From: Eledone cirrhosa
Lineage: Eukaryota
Assembly (NCBI GenBank): GCA_964016885.1
Contig: OZ024741.1
Span: 104,036,001 to 104,100,000, forward strand
Direction: 5' to 3'
Length of the DNA: 64,000 bases
This document shows, in pieces, positions 1-13,808 of this stretch. Both the position numbers and the translations under genes were made by a program. A model generated the notes under the pieces. The model saw only the letters and a list, made by a program, of their open reading frames with translations, did not search any database and was not told the DNA's origin. Within the stretch, counting starts at the first letter, position 1. Each line of letters starts with the position of its first letter.

Positions 1-1179
1 GGTGATATCTTATATAACAGACATAGCCAACCCACATCACCATATAGAATGGCCATTAAAGCATTGTGGTTTTGTTTGAATTTCTGAGATGAGGAGTTAA
101 AATTATTATACACTAATATATTGAGATTAGTGGCCTTCTTGGCTGTTACAATCACAATGTTTCAGTTGTTGTGCCCTTTGACCTTCTTCAAATACTTGTC
201 ATATTTGGTAATATTCTATGAAAAAACACTTTATTCAAACAACAGGGGAGAATTATCCTCATTCCTTTGCTCAACCCAACATATTCTGAATTAGTCTTTA
301 ATTACTTGTTTTCTCTGCTTAAACTAAGGTATATATATATACACAAAAGCAGATGAACTGCTATACTTATCACTTAACCAAAGGATATAGACTATACTGT
401 CCCTTAGGGGAACTAAGTGATAGAAATTAGTAGCCTTTTTATGGTCTTAGGCTTAATGTATTTCCTTTCTTAGTTAAATGCTGGGCCTACACAGAAAAAA
501 TGGCTTTGGTTTGAAATAGTAAGGATATTATTAAGTACCACAGGCATTAGAAGGCCAGAACGTAGAATGACTAAAATGTAATAAATAAGATAGGGATATT
601 AGTCTAAATAATAAATGTGTCATCATCATCACTGTTTAATGTCTATTTTCCATGCTTACATTGTGACATCTTGCCCATATAATTTGTTTTTGTTTTAGTT
701 TTCTGCAGCCGGATGCCCTTCCCAATGCCAACCACTTTACAGTGTATACTGGGAGCTTTTTTGTAGCACCAGCGTCACAAATTTACAAAGTAGACTGGGT
801 GTTTTTGCCATGGCACAAGTGAAACCAGCATACAGAATGGACTGGATGCTTTTGACGCAGCACTTGCAAAACCACTTTAGAGAGTTGACTGGGTGTGTTT
901 TATTAAGTCATCAATACTACTTCATTGCAATATTTTGGTGCTCAGTGACCTTGGAACAGCTGGGGAGCCAATGACATGGGTTCAAGGATAGAGTAAGGGG
1001 CGTCATACCACTGTGAGACAGAGCAAGCGACATATTTTGGCATTAAGAGAGAGTTGCACTTGGCAGTATATATAATATAGAGTTGACAAGTTATCACACA
1101 CTGTTATATCATCCTTTCTGTATGAATATATCTATGGTTATATATTTATTTCATAGAATGAAATTTGACATTGATACTG

Positions 1180-3363
1180 CTACTCTTCTTTATGAATACG
1201 TACATGTGTATTTAATTGCCTTTTTTGAGAGAATGATTTACTACAGATATCACAGTGATATGGTTTCTCTCCTGTATGAATGCGTTTATGTTTAGTTAAA
1301 GTACTATTTACAGAGAATGATTTACCACAAATATCACAGTGATATGGTTTCTCTCCTGTATGAATGCGCCTATGTTTAGTTACTGCACTACCTTCAGAGA
1401 ATGATTTACCACAAATATCACAGTGATATGGCTTCTCTCCTGTGTGAATGCGTTTGTGCTTAATTAAGTGACTTCCATCAGAGAATGTTTTACCACAGAT
1501 ATCACAATGATATGGTTTTTCTCCTGTATGAATACGTTTGTGAGAATTTAAGTTACTACCTTCAGAAAATGATTTACCACAGATATCACAGTGATATGGC
1601 TTCTCTCCTGTATGAATGCGTGTGTGCGTAGTCAATTCACTCCCTTCTGAAAATGATTTACCACAGATATCACAGTGATATGGTTTCTCTCCTGTATGAA
1701 TGCGCTTATGAGTAGTTAAGGTACTATTCACAGAGAATGATTTACCACAAATATCACAGTGATATGGTTTTTCTCCTGTGTGAATACGTTTGTGAGAAGT
1801 TAATCCACATGTTTGTGGGAATGATTTACCACAGATATCACAGTGATATGGTTTCACTCCTGTATGAATACGTTTGTGAGTAGTTACTTGACTTTTTTCA
1901 GAGAATGATTTACCACAGATATCACAGTGATATGGCTTCTCTCCTGTATGAACACGTTTGTGCTTAGTTAGGTTATCATTTCGAGAGAATGATTTACCAC
2001 AGACATCACAGCCAAAGGGCTTCTCTCCTGTATGAATGCGTCTGTGGTAAGTTAAAACACTTCCTTGGGAGAATGATTTACCACAGATAGCACAGGAATA
2101 TGGCTTCTCCCCGGTATGAACACGCTTGTGAGAAGTTAATTCACCACTTCGAGAGAAAGATTTATCACATACACCACAGTGATATGGTTTCTTTCCGGTA
2201 TGTATACGTTTATGAGTAGTCAGGTCACCACTTCGATAGAATGATTTACCACATATATCACAGTGATATGGTTTCTCACCAGTATGTATACGCCTGTGTC
2301 CGGTTAATTCATTTTTTTGGCAAAATGATTTATCACAAATATCACAGTGGTATGGCTTCTCTCCTGTATGAGTACGCTTATGAGTAATTAATCCACATGT
2401 TTGTGAGAATAATTTACCACAGATATCACAACGATATGGTTTCTTTCCTGTATGAATGTCTTTGTGTTTACTTAAGCTACTACTCTGAGAGAATGATTTA
2501 CTACAGATATTACACTTATATGGCTTCTCTCCTGTATGAACCCGTTTATGTTGAGTTAAGGCACTTCCTTCAGAGAATGATCTACCACAAATATCACAAT
2601 GGTATGGCTTCTCTCCAGTATGAATACGCTTGTGATTAGTTAAGGAACTATTCACAGAGAATGATTTACCACAAATATCACAATGATATGGTTTTTCTCC
2701 TGTGTGAATACGTTTGTGAGAAGTTAATCCACATGTTTGTGGGAATGATTTACCACAAATATCACAGTGATATGGTTTCACTCCTGTATGAATACGTTTG
2801 TGAGTAGTTACTTGACTTTTTAAAGAGAATGATTTACCACAGATATCACAGTGGTATGGCTTTTCTCCTCTATGAATTCGTTTGTGTACAGTTATGTTAT
2901 TTTTAGAGAAGGATTTACCACAGATATCACACCAATGGGGCTTCTCTCCAGTGTGAATACGCTTGTGAGTAGTTAAGTTACCATTTTGAGAGAATGATTT
3001 CCAACAGATATTACAGTGAAATGGTTTCTCTCCTGTATGAATACGTTTGTGTTTAATTAAATTATTATTTTGAGAGAAAGGCTTACCACAGATGTCACAA
3101 TGATATGGCTTCTCTCCTGTATGAATGCGTATGTGAGAGATTAAATCATTTTGAGATAATGATTTATCACAGATATCATAGCAATGTGGTTTTTCTACTG
3201 TATGAATACGTCTGTGAGTATTTAAATTTCTTTTTTGAGAGAATGTTTTACCACAGATTTCACAGCAGTTTGATGTATTTTTTTTCTTTATATCATCAGG
3301 AAGATCATTTTTGTTAAACTCTGTTTTTGATTTATATTGATTTTCACATAATTTATTTTCCAT
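1180..3363 (-). CDS. Tandem C2H2 (Kruppel-type) zinc-finger protein, 25 fingers (2 degenerate), single coding exon
   Basis: Open frame 1180..3384; first ATG at 3363 (MENKLCEN...). Repeats of [23 protein letters not shown] joined by TGEKP linkers, 84-nt periodicity. No KRAB/ZAD/BTB domain in the short N-terminus. Confidence 0.95.
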   Translation of the reverse strand: MENKLCENQYKSKTEFNKNDLPDDIKKKNTSNCCEICGKTFSQKRNLNTHRRIHTVEKPHCYDICDKSLSQNDLISHIRIHTGEKPYHCDICGKPFSQNNNLIKHKRIHTGEKPFHCNICWKSFSQNGNLTTHKRIHTGEKPHWCDICGKSFSKNNITVHKRIHRGEKPYHCDICGKSFSLKSQVTTHKRIHTGVKPYHCDICGKSFPQTCGLTSHKRIHTGEKPYHCDICGKSFSVNSSLTNHKRIHTGEKPYHCDICGRSFSEGSALTQHKRVHTGEKPYKCNICSKSFSQSSSLSKHKDIHTGKKPYRCDICGKLFSQTCGLITHKRTHTGEKPYHCDICDKSFCQKNELTGHRRIHTGEKPYHCDICGKSFYRSGDLTTHKRIHTGKKPYHCGVCDKSFSRSGELTSHKRVHTGEKPYSCAICGKSFSQGSVLTYHRRIHTGEKPFGCDVCGKSFSRNDNLTKHKRVHTGEKPYHCDICGKSFSEKSQVTTHKRIHTGVKPYHCDICGKSFPQTCGLTSHKRIHTGEKPYHCDICGKSFSVNSTLTTHKRIHTGEKPYHCDICGKSFSEGSELTTHTRIHTGEKPYHCDICGKSFSEGSNLNSHKRIHTGEKPYHCDICGKTFSDGSHLIKHKRIHTGEKPYHCDICGKSFSEGSAVTKHRRIHTGEKPYHCDICGKSFSVNSTLTKHKRIHTGEKPYHCDICSKSFSQKRQLNTHVRIHKEE

Positions 3364-3923
3364 TATTTTTCTTCCTCTTACCAAAATATACGGATGTTCG
3401 TTATAATTATATGTTGTATTTCTAAGCTATATTTTCATCAACTGTGATATTTGTTGACACCTGAATAAAATGCAAACTCCTTTGAAAATTTGTCCAAGTC
3501 TAATCTTGTACACATTCCAGACAGTGAAGTAGAAAATGTTGCTATTAATTTCACTTCAGAAGAAATATTTTGCAGTAATTCTACCATAGATTTATATAAA
3601 CAGTTTTATATCTGTTCTGTATAACACGTTCCTTTTACCAATGTCATCTGATATTCTGAAATAATAAAGAAAAAGTATAAGATACAAGCCTCCTGATGCT
3701 AAGGAGCTTAAGCTCCTCCAATAATGTGGAAACTTATTGAATGATCTTATAGTTTTGAATTAAAATAATTTGTTTCAATGTACTTGTGCTTTGGTTTTTA
3801 CTACTGGTTTTCTGTTGACTTTAAATGTTAGTATGACCATGTTTTTCATTTCTTTCTTAGTCTTGTATTGGAGATAAAAAAGCATGAGCTAATAATAATA
3901 ATATATATGTTCAGTATATATAC

Positions 3924-4125
3924 TTAACCCTTTACTCTACATTTACTATTGTATTTTCACAGTAAACACTTTATTTCACATAATTATCTCTCATAATATT
4001 GAATCTACAAGATTTTGATATTTATTTTGAGAACAATAACTTAACATAAGTATGAGCAGCTGGTTATGACCTGTTTGAACAGAAAGAGATGAGAGAATTC
4101 TGGCCGGATATGGCCAGTTTGAAAA
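3924..4125. mobile_element. piggyBac-related MITE fragment (TTAACCCTTT terminus)
   Basis: Starts TTAACCCTTT. Internal sequence matches copies at 28391-28598 (reverse) and 32080-32746, which end ...AAAGGGTTAA/AAAAGGTTAA. Confidence 0.55.
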
Positions 4126-4859
4126 CTATAACAGAAGCTCTGAGATATAGAGAATACTTAATATGTAGAGATTTAATAGTGGTTGTCCTGGTGCCAAGCA
4201 AAAAAAAAAAGAAAAAACAAAAAACAAACACTTGGTTCACTCTGTTAGGTGGTCAAGCCACATACACACCCCAAGAATATAAGATGAAGTAAATAGAACA
4301 ATATCAGAACAAAGAGAATACATAGAGGAGTAAGAATAATCATTGAGAAGGTCACAGAATGTGTGATGAAAGAGCTTTGACAATTAGCAATTGAACAACC
4401 ACCCGATTACTAAACTAATAGTAAACCGAAGTGAAACTCGATTGGTATGTGAGTTTTTATTGGCAGTATGACCTTCCCAAAGTATAAAAATGTTTCACAT
4501 CAAGAATCTTACAAAACAAATAAAAACGAAGTAAACAATGTTATTTCAACTCAATAAATCAAAATGTTTTCGCTCTTAAAATAGAAGTGCACGTTATATA
4601 ATGTGGTCCTAGATATAAAACCAAACGGGATTATCAGGACTTGACTGCTTTTAACCATAGATCAGTTCGATGACTGAGGAGACAACAGAAAATGAAGGAA
4701 ATAGCAGCTAAATCCCACCTAAACACCCAACATTCCCTCTTGTAGTATGTAATTAATTGAATGCATACATCTTCTTCCGTGTTTTTTATGGGTTTCTTTC
4801 TTTAACAAACCACAAATATTATGTATTCCGATACACACCATTTGTTCGTTGAAAATATT

Positions 4860-5110
4860 GTTAATACTGAGAATTATCGACAAACTAAATTTTCCAGTCT
4901 GTGACATTCGAGACGTATGGAGGAGTGGGGCCGCTGACAACGAAGTTCTTGTCATCGTTGCCGGCTCGCCTTACCGAAGTGTCAGGTGAGGGTGCTTGGT
5001 TGTTTCAGCGCCTTAGCTTCGCTATTACTTGTGGTAACACTGCCTTGCTTCAAAAAGTATTAGAGGGAGGTTCCGGCACACCTTATGGTGTGTGACCGAT
5101 TGACACACAG
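4860..5110 (+). mobile_element. 3' end of CRE-clade (restriction-like endonuclease) non-LTR retrotransposon
   Basis: FETYGGVGP...WLFQRLSFAITCGN resembles the CRE C-terminus. Followed by stem-loop GGTGTGTGACCGATTGACACAC, also present reversed at 25427-25451. Confidence 0.6.
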
Positions 5111-5927
5111 CGTTGACGTTTATATTTTCTTTCGTTTTGGTTCTATATTTTCATGTGAAATATTTATATAATTAAGTAATAGAGATAAATGTGTATATGT
5201 CGACTTTTGACAGCTATGACATTTATATTTGTAATTGTCAGCATATTTGTTTGGGGGAAATGTGAACTTTTCTATTATATAATTTTATGTACATCGTTTA
5301 TTTTTTTTAAATGCTGCTATTAATAAAATTGTAAATCTCTAATCCAATGAATATAGAATTTTAAGTCGAAGACTAGCTAGTGAGGTGGAATAGCAATGAA
5401 ACACCAGTCGGTGTATATTTTGCCTGGCTTGTTAAAATGAGTTTGATCATAGGTATGTTCAATAAGGTATGACCTGCGGCTAAACAACAATAAACGAAGG
5501 AGCTTCTACGGGGTACTTCGACTAACTAGAAATAACAGTCAAATCTCCCGTAAATAACATCCTACCGTCTTAAAATAAACAGAGGAAAACTACATTATCC
5601 TATGTAGTTTTAGATATAACATCTGGTCATGACTAGAACTATTTTCATAACAATTCTCCTTGGTCTGAACCGAACTGAGGCTAAACAACATAAAACAACC
5701 AAATCTATACCACCTGATACTGAAGCAGTTGGACAAAAATAAATAAAAGTTCCTTAAGACGAAGAAAGTATACGAAATTAAATATGTTTTCGTAAAATAT
5801 TATATATAGATTCATATACACCTATAACAGGAATCACACTGTGTTGCTGAAAGTTGATTGCAGAACAACGACAAATAAATCATTAATGAAACACCTTATT
5901 TATATACATTATTACAGACAGACTTAC

Positions 5928-6060
5928 CGTTTTTATATGTAAATAATGAACCAATATGTTGTGGATGTGTTTTACCAAACTACCAAATAAAATTAATGCC
6001 AATGTTGTTAGATTGAGGCGTTCAAATGTTTTATCAACTTCATTCTACGTCATCAATATT
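5928..6060 (-). other. Putative non-coding first exon of the 25-finger gene (intron about 3656-5927)
   Basis: Minus-strand donor CG|GTAAGT (plus ACTTAC 5922-5927). Minus-strand polypyrimidine tract + CAG acceptor at 3656-3658. CpG-richer upstream stretch with TACGTCA. The 5' end is a guess. Confidence 0.45.
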
Positions 6061-6469
6061 TGTGTAGATTCAGTCTACTTTAGCCGCAGATTCGAGCTGA
6101 TTTGTATGTCTTGTGTAATTATTATTACGGTGTAACGAGCGCGCAATGTCATAATTGACGGCGATTCACATATATATTAAAATTTAGCCACATATACATT
6201 AAATATTATCTATCTCTTTATTATATATAATAAAAATTATCCATATGTATGATTTAGGCGAAAAGCGGCGACATGGCAGAGTCGTTAGAAAGTCAAATAG
6301 AATGCTTTGCAGTATTAGTTCCGAATTTAAATCCCACCGAGGTCAACTTTGCCTCTCGTCCATTCGAAGTCGATAAAAAATAGTACCAGTCTAGTACTAG
6401 TTTCGATTCTTCCTCTATATATCTTTCTCACTTCCATTCTATCACTCTCTATCCTTTGGAAAAAATTTG

Positions 6470-7230
6470 CTATATTCAGACCTCGAGAGATGGGCTCAGC
6501 CAGGTTTTTGTCCTAGAAACGCCGGGTACCAATACAGCGTCTCTACGACTCCCTCGGGAGTTACGGGCCCATACATACATGACTTGGGAGAGAAGACTAA
6601 GGAGTTTAAAGTCCCAACAATGGATAAATTGAAGTGGAAGGGACTTTTAGATGGATGAATAATTGGCTATTGGACTCCATCTAAATATTACGTCGAAATT
6701 AGAAAACAATATTGTATTAATGTGTGTTGGTGTATTATTTACATTTACTGTAAATATATAAAACTTCTTCACCCACTTATTTCTGAGAGGGTCGTGGGGG
6801 CACAGTCCTTTAACACTCATTCTAGCGGGTCCTGTCACAGGCAACCGTCTCCATCAGATCCGACTGGATCCCCAAGTGAGACCAGCCAAGCTACGAGCTA
6901 TTATCCAATCACCTTGCTCAGGGTCTACCTTGGGTCTTCTGCTGGTTGGTTTTGCACTTTATCGAGTAACATTACTTCTAAAGACCCATTCAGAGGAATC
7001 TCATTTTGGCCGCTTGTATTCGCAATCATATTCTTTTGATCGTTACCCAAGATTCATGACCAAAGGTAAGGGTTGGCATAAATACCAAATTGAAGATAGC
7101 GAGTTAGGCTTTTATGCCTACCTCCCTTCTTCTGATTACTGAATGCTGAAGCTGGCGCATTACTTTACCAGCTCCCGCAATTTTTGCACTGTATATAAAA
7201 CTAAATAACAAATAAATTAATGACCGTTGT
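6470..7230. repeat. Unclassified interspersed repeat
   Basis: 6765-6920 is clearly homologous to 30601-30760 (CAACCGTCTCCA...GATC...CTGGATCCCCAA...GACCAGC). Confidence 0.45.
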
Positions 7231-7625
7231 CTGTTTTAATGTAAACCCCGTTGCCTGAGCAACACAATTTATCCATTTTACCTATCTTTCTCTCAAATCC
7301 AGATTTTCTGTCATTAATATTTCTTTGATCTCTCTCTGTCTTTAAAGTTGGTTTGTTAGTCAAGTCGTAAGAGGGGGAGATAAAAAAAAAAAAAACCTAC
7401 TGTATATGTATGTATGGACCTGTCACTGAGGTAATGATCGAGGCGCCATATTGTTATGGCGTTTCTCGACCATTTTTAAACGGCGTCCATCTCCTGTACA
7501 GGTCTGAATACAGCAGATTTCTTCAAGAGAAGGAGAGAGGGAGTTAGAGAAAGGAAGTGCCCAGTTCTAGACTGGTAATTTTTTATCGATTTTAAATGGA
7601 TGAAAGGCAAAGTTGATCTCAGCTA

Positions 7626-8954
7626 CCGTATATACTCATATATAATCCAAGAAATATGTGACAAAAAAAAAAATCAATAGTAAATGGCCTCAGCTTATAT
7701 TTGAGGTCAATATTTGGTCGATTTTCACTAACTTCAAAGTTCTACGCAAATGAGGAACTAAAGTATTTTCGCTTTGGAGGTGAAGCAAAGTTTTATTTGT
7801 TGAGGAAGAAATGACGAACATGACAAATACCAACAATTCTGGTTGAATATATATCGTTACTGCACTTCAGCAAAAAGGAAATAATATGGTTACTACATAT
7901 CGTAAATATGTTTGATTACAGTGTTCACAAATGAATATAGATTTCAGTAAAGCTTCAGTGTTGTGCACAAATCTTTTATTTAAAAGAAATGTCACAAGTT
8001 GTAGTCGACAGTGCGGGCTGGCTGGTGTTGTAGTAAACTGTTATATTTAGAGGCTATGTTGTACAAGCCAAAAGGCAGTGGACTGAGAGTGATGCGAGGG
8101 CTACACGACAGCCTATTTATAATGACCACTCATTCCTGCCGATGTTAACTTTGCCTTTCATCCTTACGGGGTCGATAAAATAAAGTACCAGTAATGTACT
8201 GGGTAATTTGCAGGCCCTGTGCCAAAAGTAGAAACAATTATTTTACTGATAGATAACAGATGGCTCCAGAATATGTTGTCCTTCTTACAACTGGTGCCGT
8301 AAATCCTACCATTAGGAAAATTTATCTATTGTCTTCGGTGCGAGCTTGCAGGTCACTCACTTGGTGGCCGTGGGAAAACATTTCTTTCACTACACCAAAT
8401 AATTGTTTCTACATTTGGCACAATTTGAAGGGAAGGGGGAAAGTCGATTAAATTGACCTCAGTGCATTACTGGTTCTTTATTTTATCGACCCCGTAAGGA
8501 TGAAAGACAAAGCTAACCTTGCCCTGATTTGAACTCAGAACGTAAAGGGCCAAACTAAATACTGCAAAGCATTTTGTCCGATTCTGCCAATCCACCACAA
8601 ATAATACACCAGTTTCACTTAGGAGGTGAATATTACACTGGCTTCACTTTTGACCTGAAATTCATATTTCCTATTGTATTTTAAGAAAATGGTCGGAAAT
8701 TGGTAAAAAAAAAAAAAAAAATGACTATGTAGTGGAGTTGTGAAACAAAAACTATACTGTAAACAACACTTAAAATATTTTAAATATCAAAATATTAAAA
8801 CTTCATAAATATATTCTGCATTCATGAGAATTTCAAAACTGCACCATCTAAACAAAATGTGTTGATTACCTGTCTTGTCTTATAAATGGAGTTTGGATTT
8901 TTGTTTATTTCTCAGACATAAAATAGGAGTTAACTTATATTCGAGTATACACGG
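7626..8954 (+). mobile_element. pogo/Tigger-like (Tc1/mariner) DNA transposon remnant with nested SINEs
   Basis: Inverted termini CCGTATATACTCATATATAA / TTATATTCGAGTATACACGG flanked by TA on both sides. The right part recurs at about 30180-30435. Confidence 0.6.
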
Positions 8955-9037
8955 TATATAAATTTTATAAAAAAAAGTTATACACAGAAAATAAATACAT
9001 AAATATAAGATACACAATGTGTATTATTATATTGGGT

Positions 9038-9215
9038 AAGGGCGGTGGATTGGCAGTATCGGTAGAGGGTCGGACGCCATGCTTTCCAGCATAGTTACGT
9101 CCCTTTACGATCTGAGTTCAAATCCCGCCTTTCATCCTTACGGGGTCGATAAAATAAAGTACCAGTAATGCACTGAGTAATTGCTCGCCTTGTGCCTAAA
9201 GTAGAAACAATTATA
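9038..9215 (+). mobile_element. tRNA-derived SINE family A (representative copy)
   Basis: A-box-like TGGCAGTATCGG, B-box GAGTTCAAATCC, core CCTTTCATCCTTACGGGGTCGATAAAATAAAGTACCAG. Other copies near 6265, 8140, 8400(-), 19400(-), 20525(-), 23252(-), 23510, 24365, 25170(-), 28995, 46805(-), 49975, 50200, 53240, 53455, 55060(-). Confidence 0.85.
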
Positions 9216-11355
9216 TTGGGTATATATATTCGTGTGATATTGTCAGACATGAAAATGAGTATTGAAGTAGAGTTTAAATATTCTTTATTATGGCAAACTG
9301 GTGAATCTTATTACTCTGGAGTTTCACCTGTGCACTCATCATCATCATTTTACGTCCACTTTTCCCTGCTTGCAAGGGTATATATATATATTATATATAA
9401 GGAATTAACTTTCATACCACTCGTTGCATTCCTTTGTCATCTCCATTCTGAGGTTCAGCATTCACCACATCTGCCTAGGTTTCCTTGGCTTCACCCAACT
9501 GTCATCATTCATATGTATTACATGTCCACATCAGTGTAGTTTATATCCAATTCCTCTTATACTCAATTTTTCCCTCAACTCATCCATACTTTGTTCTTTT
9601 CTTTCCAGCTTTCATATCTCACTATCATGCAACATTGTACTATTCCTAGATAATAAAAGTTATCAACTACTTCTATGGATCTTTCTGAGCATTGGAAATA
9701 TTTTATTTTACTTGTGCTCTGACTTCTGATTACACCTGTTCATCTGCTACATAATGTATCAGATGTACCCATATTTTACATTGAGTACACTATATGGAAT
9801 TCCCACATACCCCTATTCTGCATACTTAATATGGTCATTTTCCAACAAGGTCTTGTCTTCTTTCCTACTTAATAAAACTTTAGTTTTTGCTCAGTCTTTT
9901 TTATTCTAAATTTTGTTTCCATATCCTGAGTTTTTTCCTCCTCAGAATCATCATCATCATAGGTTAACGTCTATCTTCCACGCTAGCATGGGTTCAGCTA
10001 TAAGAATAAGGTTGGTTTTAAGCTCCTTCATAATGACCCAAAGAATTATAATAGACTATGATACTATAAAATAAGAGAGGGCTGAGGACCAAGCCTTGAT
10101 GAAGACCTACCTGCACATTAAATTCCACACAGAATTCATTGCTAACTCTTATTTTAATGACATCTCTGTATATGGCTTCCAAGCCATTCACCTACTTCTA
10201 GCTTTCTCAAGGACCCTCTTAAATGCTTTCTCCACATCAACAGATGCTAAGTATAATTGCTTGCTCTTAGGTAAGGAGAAGACATTCTAATAAATCTGCC
10301 AAAGAGAATAGTTTCAGTTAGCAAGAAAAAAGACAGAACTTAACTGCCATTTAAAATGGCCATCTTTGATATGTAGAAAAGTTGTAGTTAGGAATTAATA
10401 CAGTGAAATCTATGGATGTACAAGATGGGGGTGATTGACAAAGATTTTGTGGATGTGGTAGATGTACAGTAAATAACAGTAGGAGCACCCATGAAATTAA
10501 TTCCTGCAAATGTTCAGAAATCTCACAAAAGAATATTTAACAGATTCTGTTAACAGTGGATGTGGATGCTCTGAAAACAGTAACCAGAGTAAGATCAGGG
10601 TGGGAAAATTTTAGAGAGCTATTATTACCTTAGTTCACAACACCAACTAATTGGTTATTAAATTAGCTAGAAATGGCAGCCAAATGTCCCTCAAACCACA
10701 CTCAATCTATGAAGCAATGTGACCACATTAAAACAATGCTACTAGAATGTTCTAACTACTATAGGTGTATTAAGATGTAGAAGGTACTCTGTAAATTATA
10801 CATGGAGATAATTTTATTAAACACTATTTTGTTATAAACGTCATCATCACCATTTAAGGTCTATTTTTCCATGCTTACATGAGTTACACAGGTTGTTATG
10901 TTATGAGATAAGTCAGATCAGGTGACCCACATCTTGCTCATGGATATTTTGGGTTGGTTTTTACTGCTGGATGCCCTTCCTAACACCAACTACATTATAG
11001 TGAGGGCTGGGTGCTTTTTATGTATATATATATATTTAAAAGAAACTTTAATAACAAATAACTGAATAGATTTTTTTCCAGGATTACCAGACTACAACAC
11101 AGAATCATTTCCAACATATTCCATAATTTTTTCTCCAGCTGTGTATCATCATCATTGTTTATCAATTGTCAATTATCAGTGTACACTTATTTTACATTGA
11201 ATAATTCTTCACATACTTCACATTGATATAGTTTTTTTTTTTTGGGGGGGGGGGGGGGGGGCAGTTATTTATTAATTACAAGTCTATATTTCACAAATAA
11301 GGGTTTCCCAAATCATTTTTCAGCATGGTACCTCAACTCACCTCGTCCCTGTGAT

Positions 11356-12318
11356 TCATCATCATCATCATTTTACGTCCGCTTTTCCCTGCTTGCAAGG
11401 GTGGGACGGGTCTTATTCAGCACAGCATCTTTACGTTTGTTACGGTCCTTCGTCATCTCCACCATGAGCTTCAGCGATCTGAGGTCTGTTCTCACGACCT
11501 CCGCCCATGTTTTTCGTGGTCTACCTCTACCACGTCTTCCTTCAACTGGCATTTCCTGGCACTTCTTCACCCATCGGTCATCCTCCATGCGCATCACATG
11601 TTCATACCGCCTCAGTCTCCTCTCTCGCACACTACATTCTATCCCTCTCAGACACAGTTTCTCTCTCAACACATTCATGCTGGGTCGTTCACGCACATTT
11701 ACATTGCACATCCAACGGAGCATGCTTGCCTCATTTCTCTCCAGCCGTCGCATATCCTCTGCAGTTGCTGCCCATGTCTCACTGCCATGCATCATATAAC
11801 CGGCCATTCGTACGCAGAGAGAAACCCTTCTTCGTCAACAGAGGAAGCAGCTCCCTAAACTTCTTCCAACCCGTCCTTATTCTAGATACTATGGCCTCGG
11901 AACACCACCCTCCCATGCTAATCTGATCTAGCATCCACCAGACCGGAAACTATCCATCACTGCTATAGCACCCGCCTGCATTTGAAAAATGTGTCTATCA
12001 ATGCGACTTCTACTGTCTAATTTCCCTGTATATCTACTGCATACGTATTTCTCCCTACCTGTTAGTTTGCCTGCTATCCCACTACATCTCTTGTGTACCC
12101 AGGATCTGCATTGTGTGCATTTTATAGAATTTATGCCAGTTCCTTTTCTGCATATTGAACATGGCCATTTCCCTGACGGAATCAGAGTTTTGTCCTCTTT
12201 TCTACTCATCAACATTTTTGTCTGAGCTAGGTTCACTCTCAGTCCTTGCTTCCAACTGCTGTTTCCATAGCCAGAATTTATTCTCTAGCTCTTCTACTGA
12301 TTCTGCTATAAGAACCAT
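11356..12318 (-). mobile_element. 5'-truncated RTE-clade LINE (C-terminal RT region + 3' tail)
   Basis: HGSETWA...MLRWMC...RGRGRPRKTW motifs, Cys/His insert WPCSICRKG...WVHKRC, (ATG)n-type tail. Confidence 0.9.
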
Positions 12319-12333
12319 GATTATATATATATA

Positions 12334-13575
12334 CAGTCAATTAGATGAGGTTCAGTTTAGTTTTGCACCAGGGAAAAGTACTATCAATGCCCTCTTCCCA
12401 GTGAGCCAACTACAAGATCTATCATCTGGTGCTCCTTAAGGAAACTAGGCATAGAAAAATGGCTCTTAAGAGCAGAGCAAGCCATGTACAGAGGAACTGT
12501 TAGTAGGGTAAGAGTAGACAATGGGTTTAGTAAGGAATTCAATGTGCAAGTAGGTGTTCATCAGGGCTCTATCCTCAGTCCACTCTTGTTTACCATAGTT
12601 TTGCAGGGCATAACAGGTTGCCCATGGGGACTCCTGAATACCAGTGACCTGGTTTTAATAGCCAAATCTCTGGAGGAGCTAGAGAAGAAATTCCAGCTTT
12701 GGAAATGTAACTTAGAATCAAAAGAGCTTAAGAGTAAACTTGAGAAAAAGTAAAGTTCTGGTAAGTCAGAAAGAAGACAAAACCCTGATCCCATCAAGAA
12801 AATGGCCCTGCTCACAAAAGGATTGGCTAGTAACTCTATACGATGTATGCAATGTAAATCTTGAGTACACAAGAGGTGTAGTGGTATAGAAGGCAGACTA
12901 AGGGAAAAGGAAAACTTTGTAGATGCACAGGGATAATAGTAAGAGCACAAGTAAAATAAACATTTCCCGGTCCAAGGAAAGCTCCATACAAGTAGTTGAT
13001 AGTTTCTTTTATCAAGGTGATAAAATTAGTTGTGAGGCGGCTGGACTGAAGGCATAATAGCTAGAGTAAGAACAGGATGGAAAGAGTTCAGAGAGCTGCT
13101 ACCTCTGTTGACAGCAAAAGGTTTCTCTCCAAGAAAAGTTGTGTATGATGTGCATGTATGAAGTGCAATGTTGCATGGGACTGAGATATGGGCAGTGAAT
13201 GTGGAAGGTATAGGAAGGCTGGAGAAAAATGAAGCAAGCATGCTTTTGATGGATGTGCTATGTTAATATATGTTAAAGGCAAAGCATAGAGAGAAGCTGG
13301 ATATAAGAGGAATTAGATGTAGTGTGCAAGAAAGAAGACTGCGCTGGTATAACCATATGATGCATATGGATGATGAGCATTAGGTGAAGAAATCCCAGTG
13401 GAAAAGAGCTTCAGTAGAGGCAGACCAAGCAAGACCAGGGCAGAAGTTGTCAGAGCTAATCTTAAATCACTGAATCGCTCAGAGATGAGAAAGGATTGAG
13501 GCAATTGGAGACATGCTGTGCTGGAAAGAACCTCTCCAACCGACACAAGCATGAAGAAGCAGACATAAAATGGTG
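12334..13575 (+). mobile_element. Older, degenerate RTE LINE fragment, head-to-head with the previous copy
   Basis: VGVHQGSILSPLLF RT motif (12484-12753) and downstream RTE motifs, with stops and frameshifts. Confidence 0.85.
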
Positions 13576-13808
13576 ATGATTGTCCAGTGTATATACATCA
13601 TTATTAAGTACAAGTTTATAATACACAGATAAGGATTTATCAAATAATTTAGTGAAAGCGTTTCTCTCAAACAAGAGCACATTTGTAGACTATAAGATCA
13701 GAATTCAAAGAGAATTACTTCCAACATATTTTACCAAGATAAATGTTTTCCAATATATACATGTTAGTGGAATAAGTTTATGCTTGCTAGAGAGAAATTT
13801 TACATGTT

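Noticed and set aside
150-200. Hammerhead-like TTGAAGA...GAAAC on the minus strand
   Set aside because: C3 missing and stems do not pair convincingly.
1083-3317. Plus-strand ORFs over the zinc-finger gene
   Set aside because: Antisense shadows of the 84-nt repeat; no independent coding signal.
9038-9130. tRNA genes
   Set aside because: A/B boxes belong to SINE heads; no cloverleaf or acceptor stem, and SINE bodies follow.
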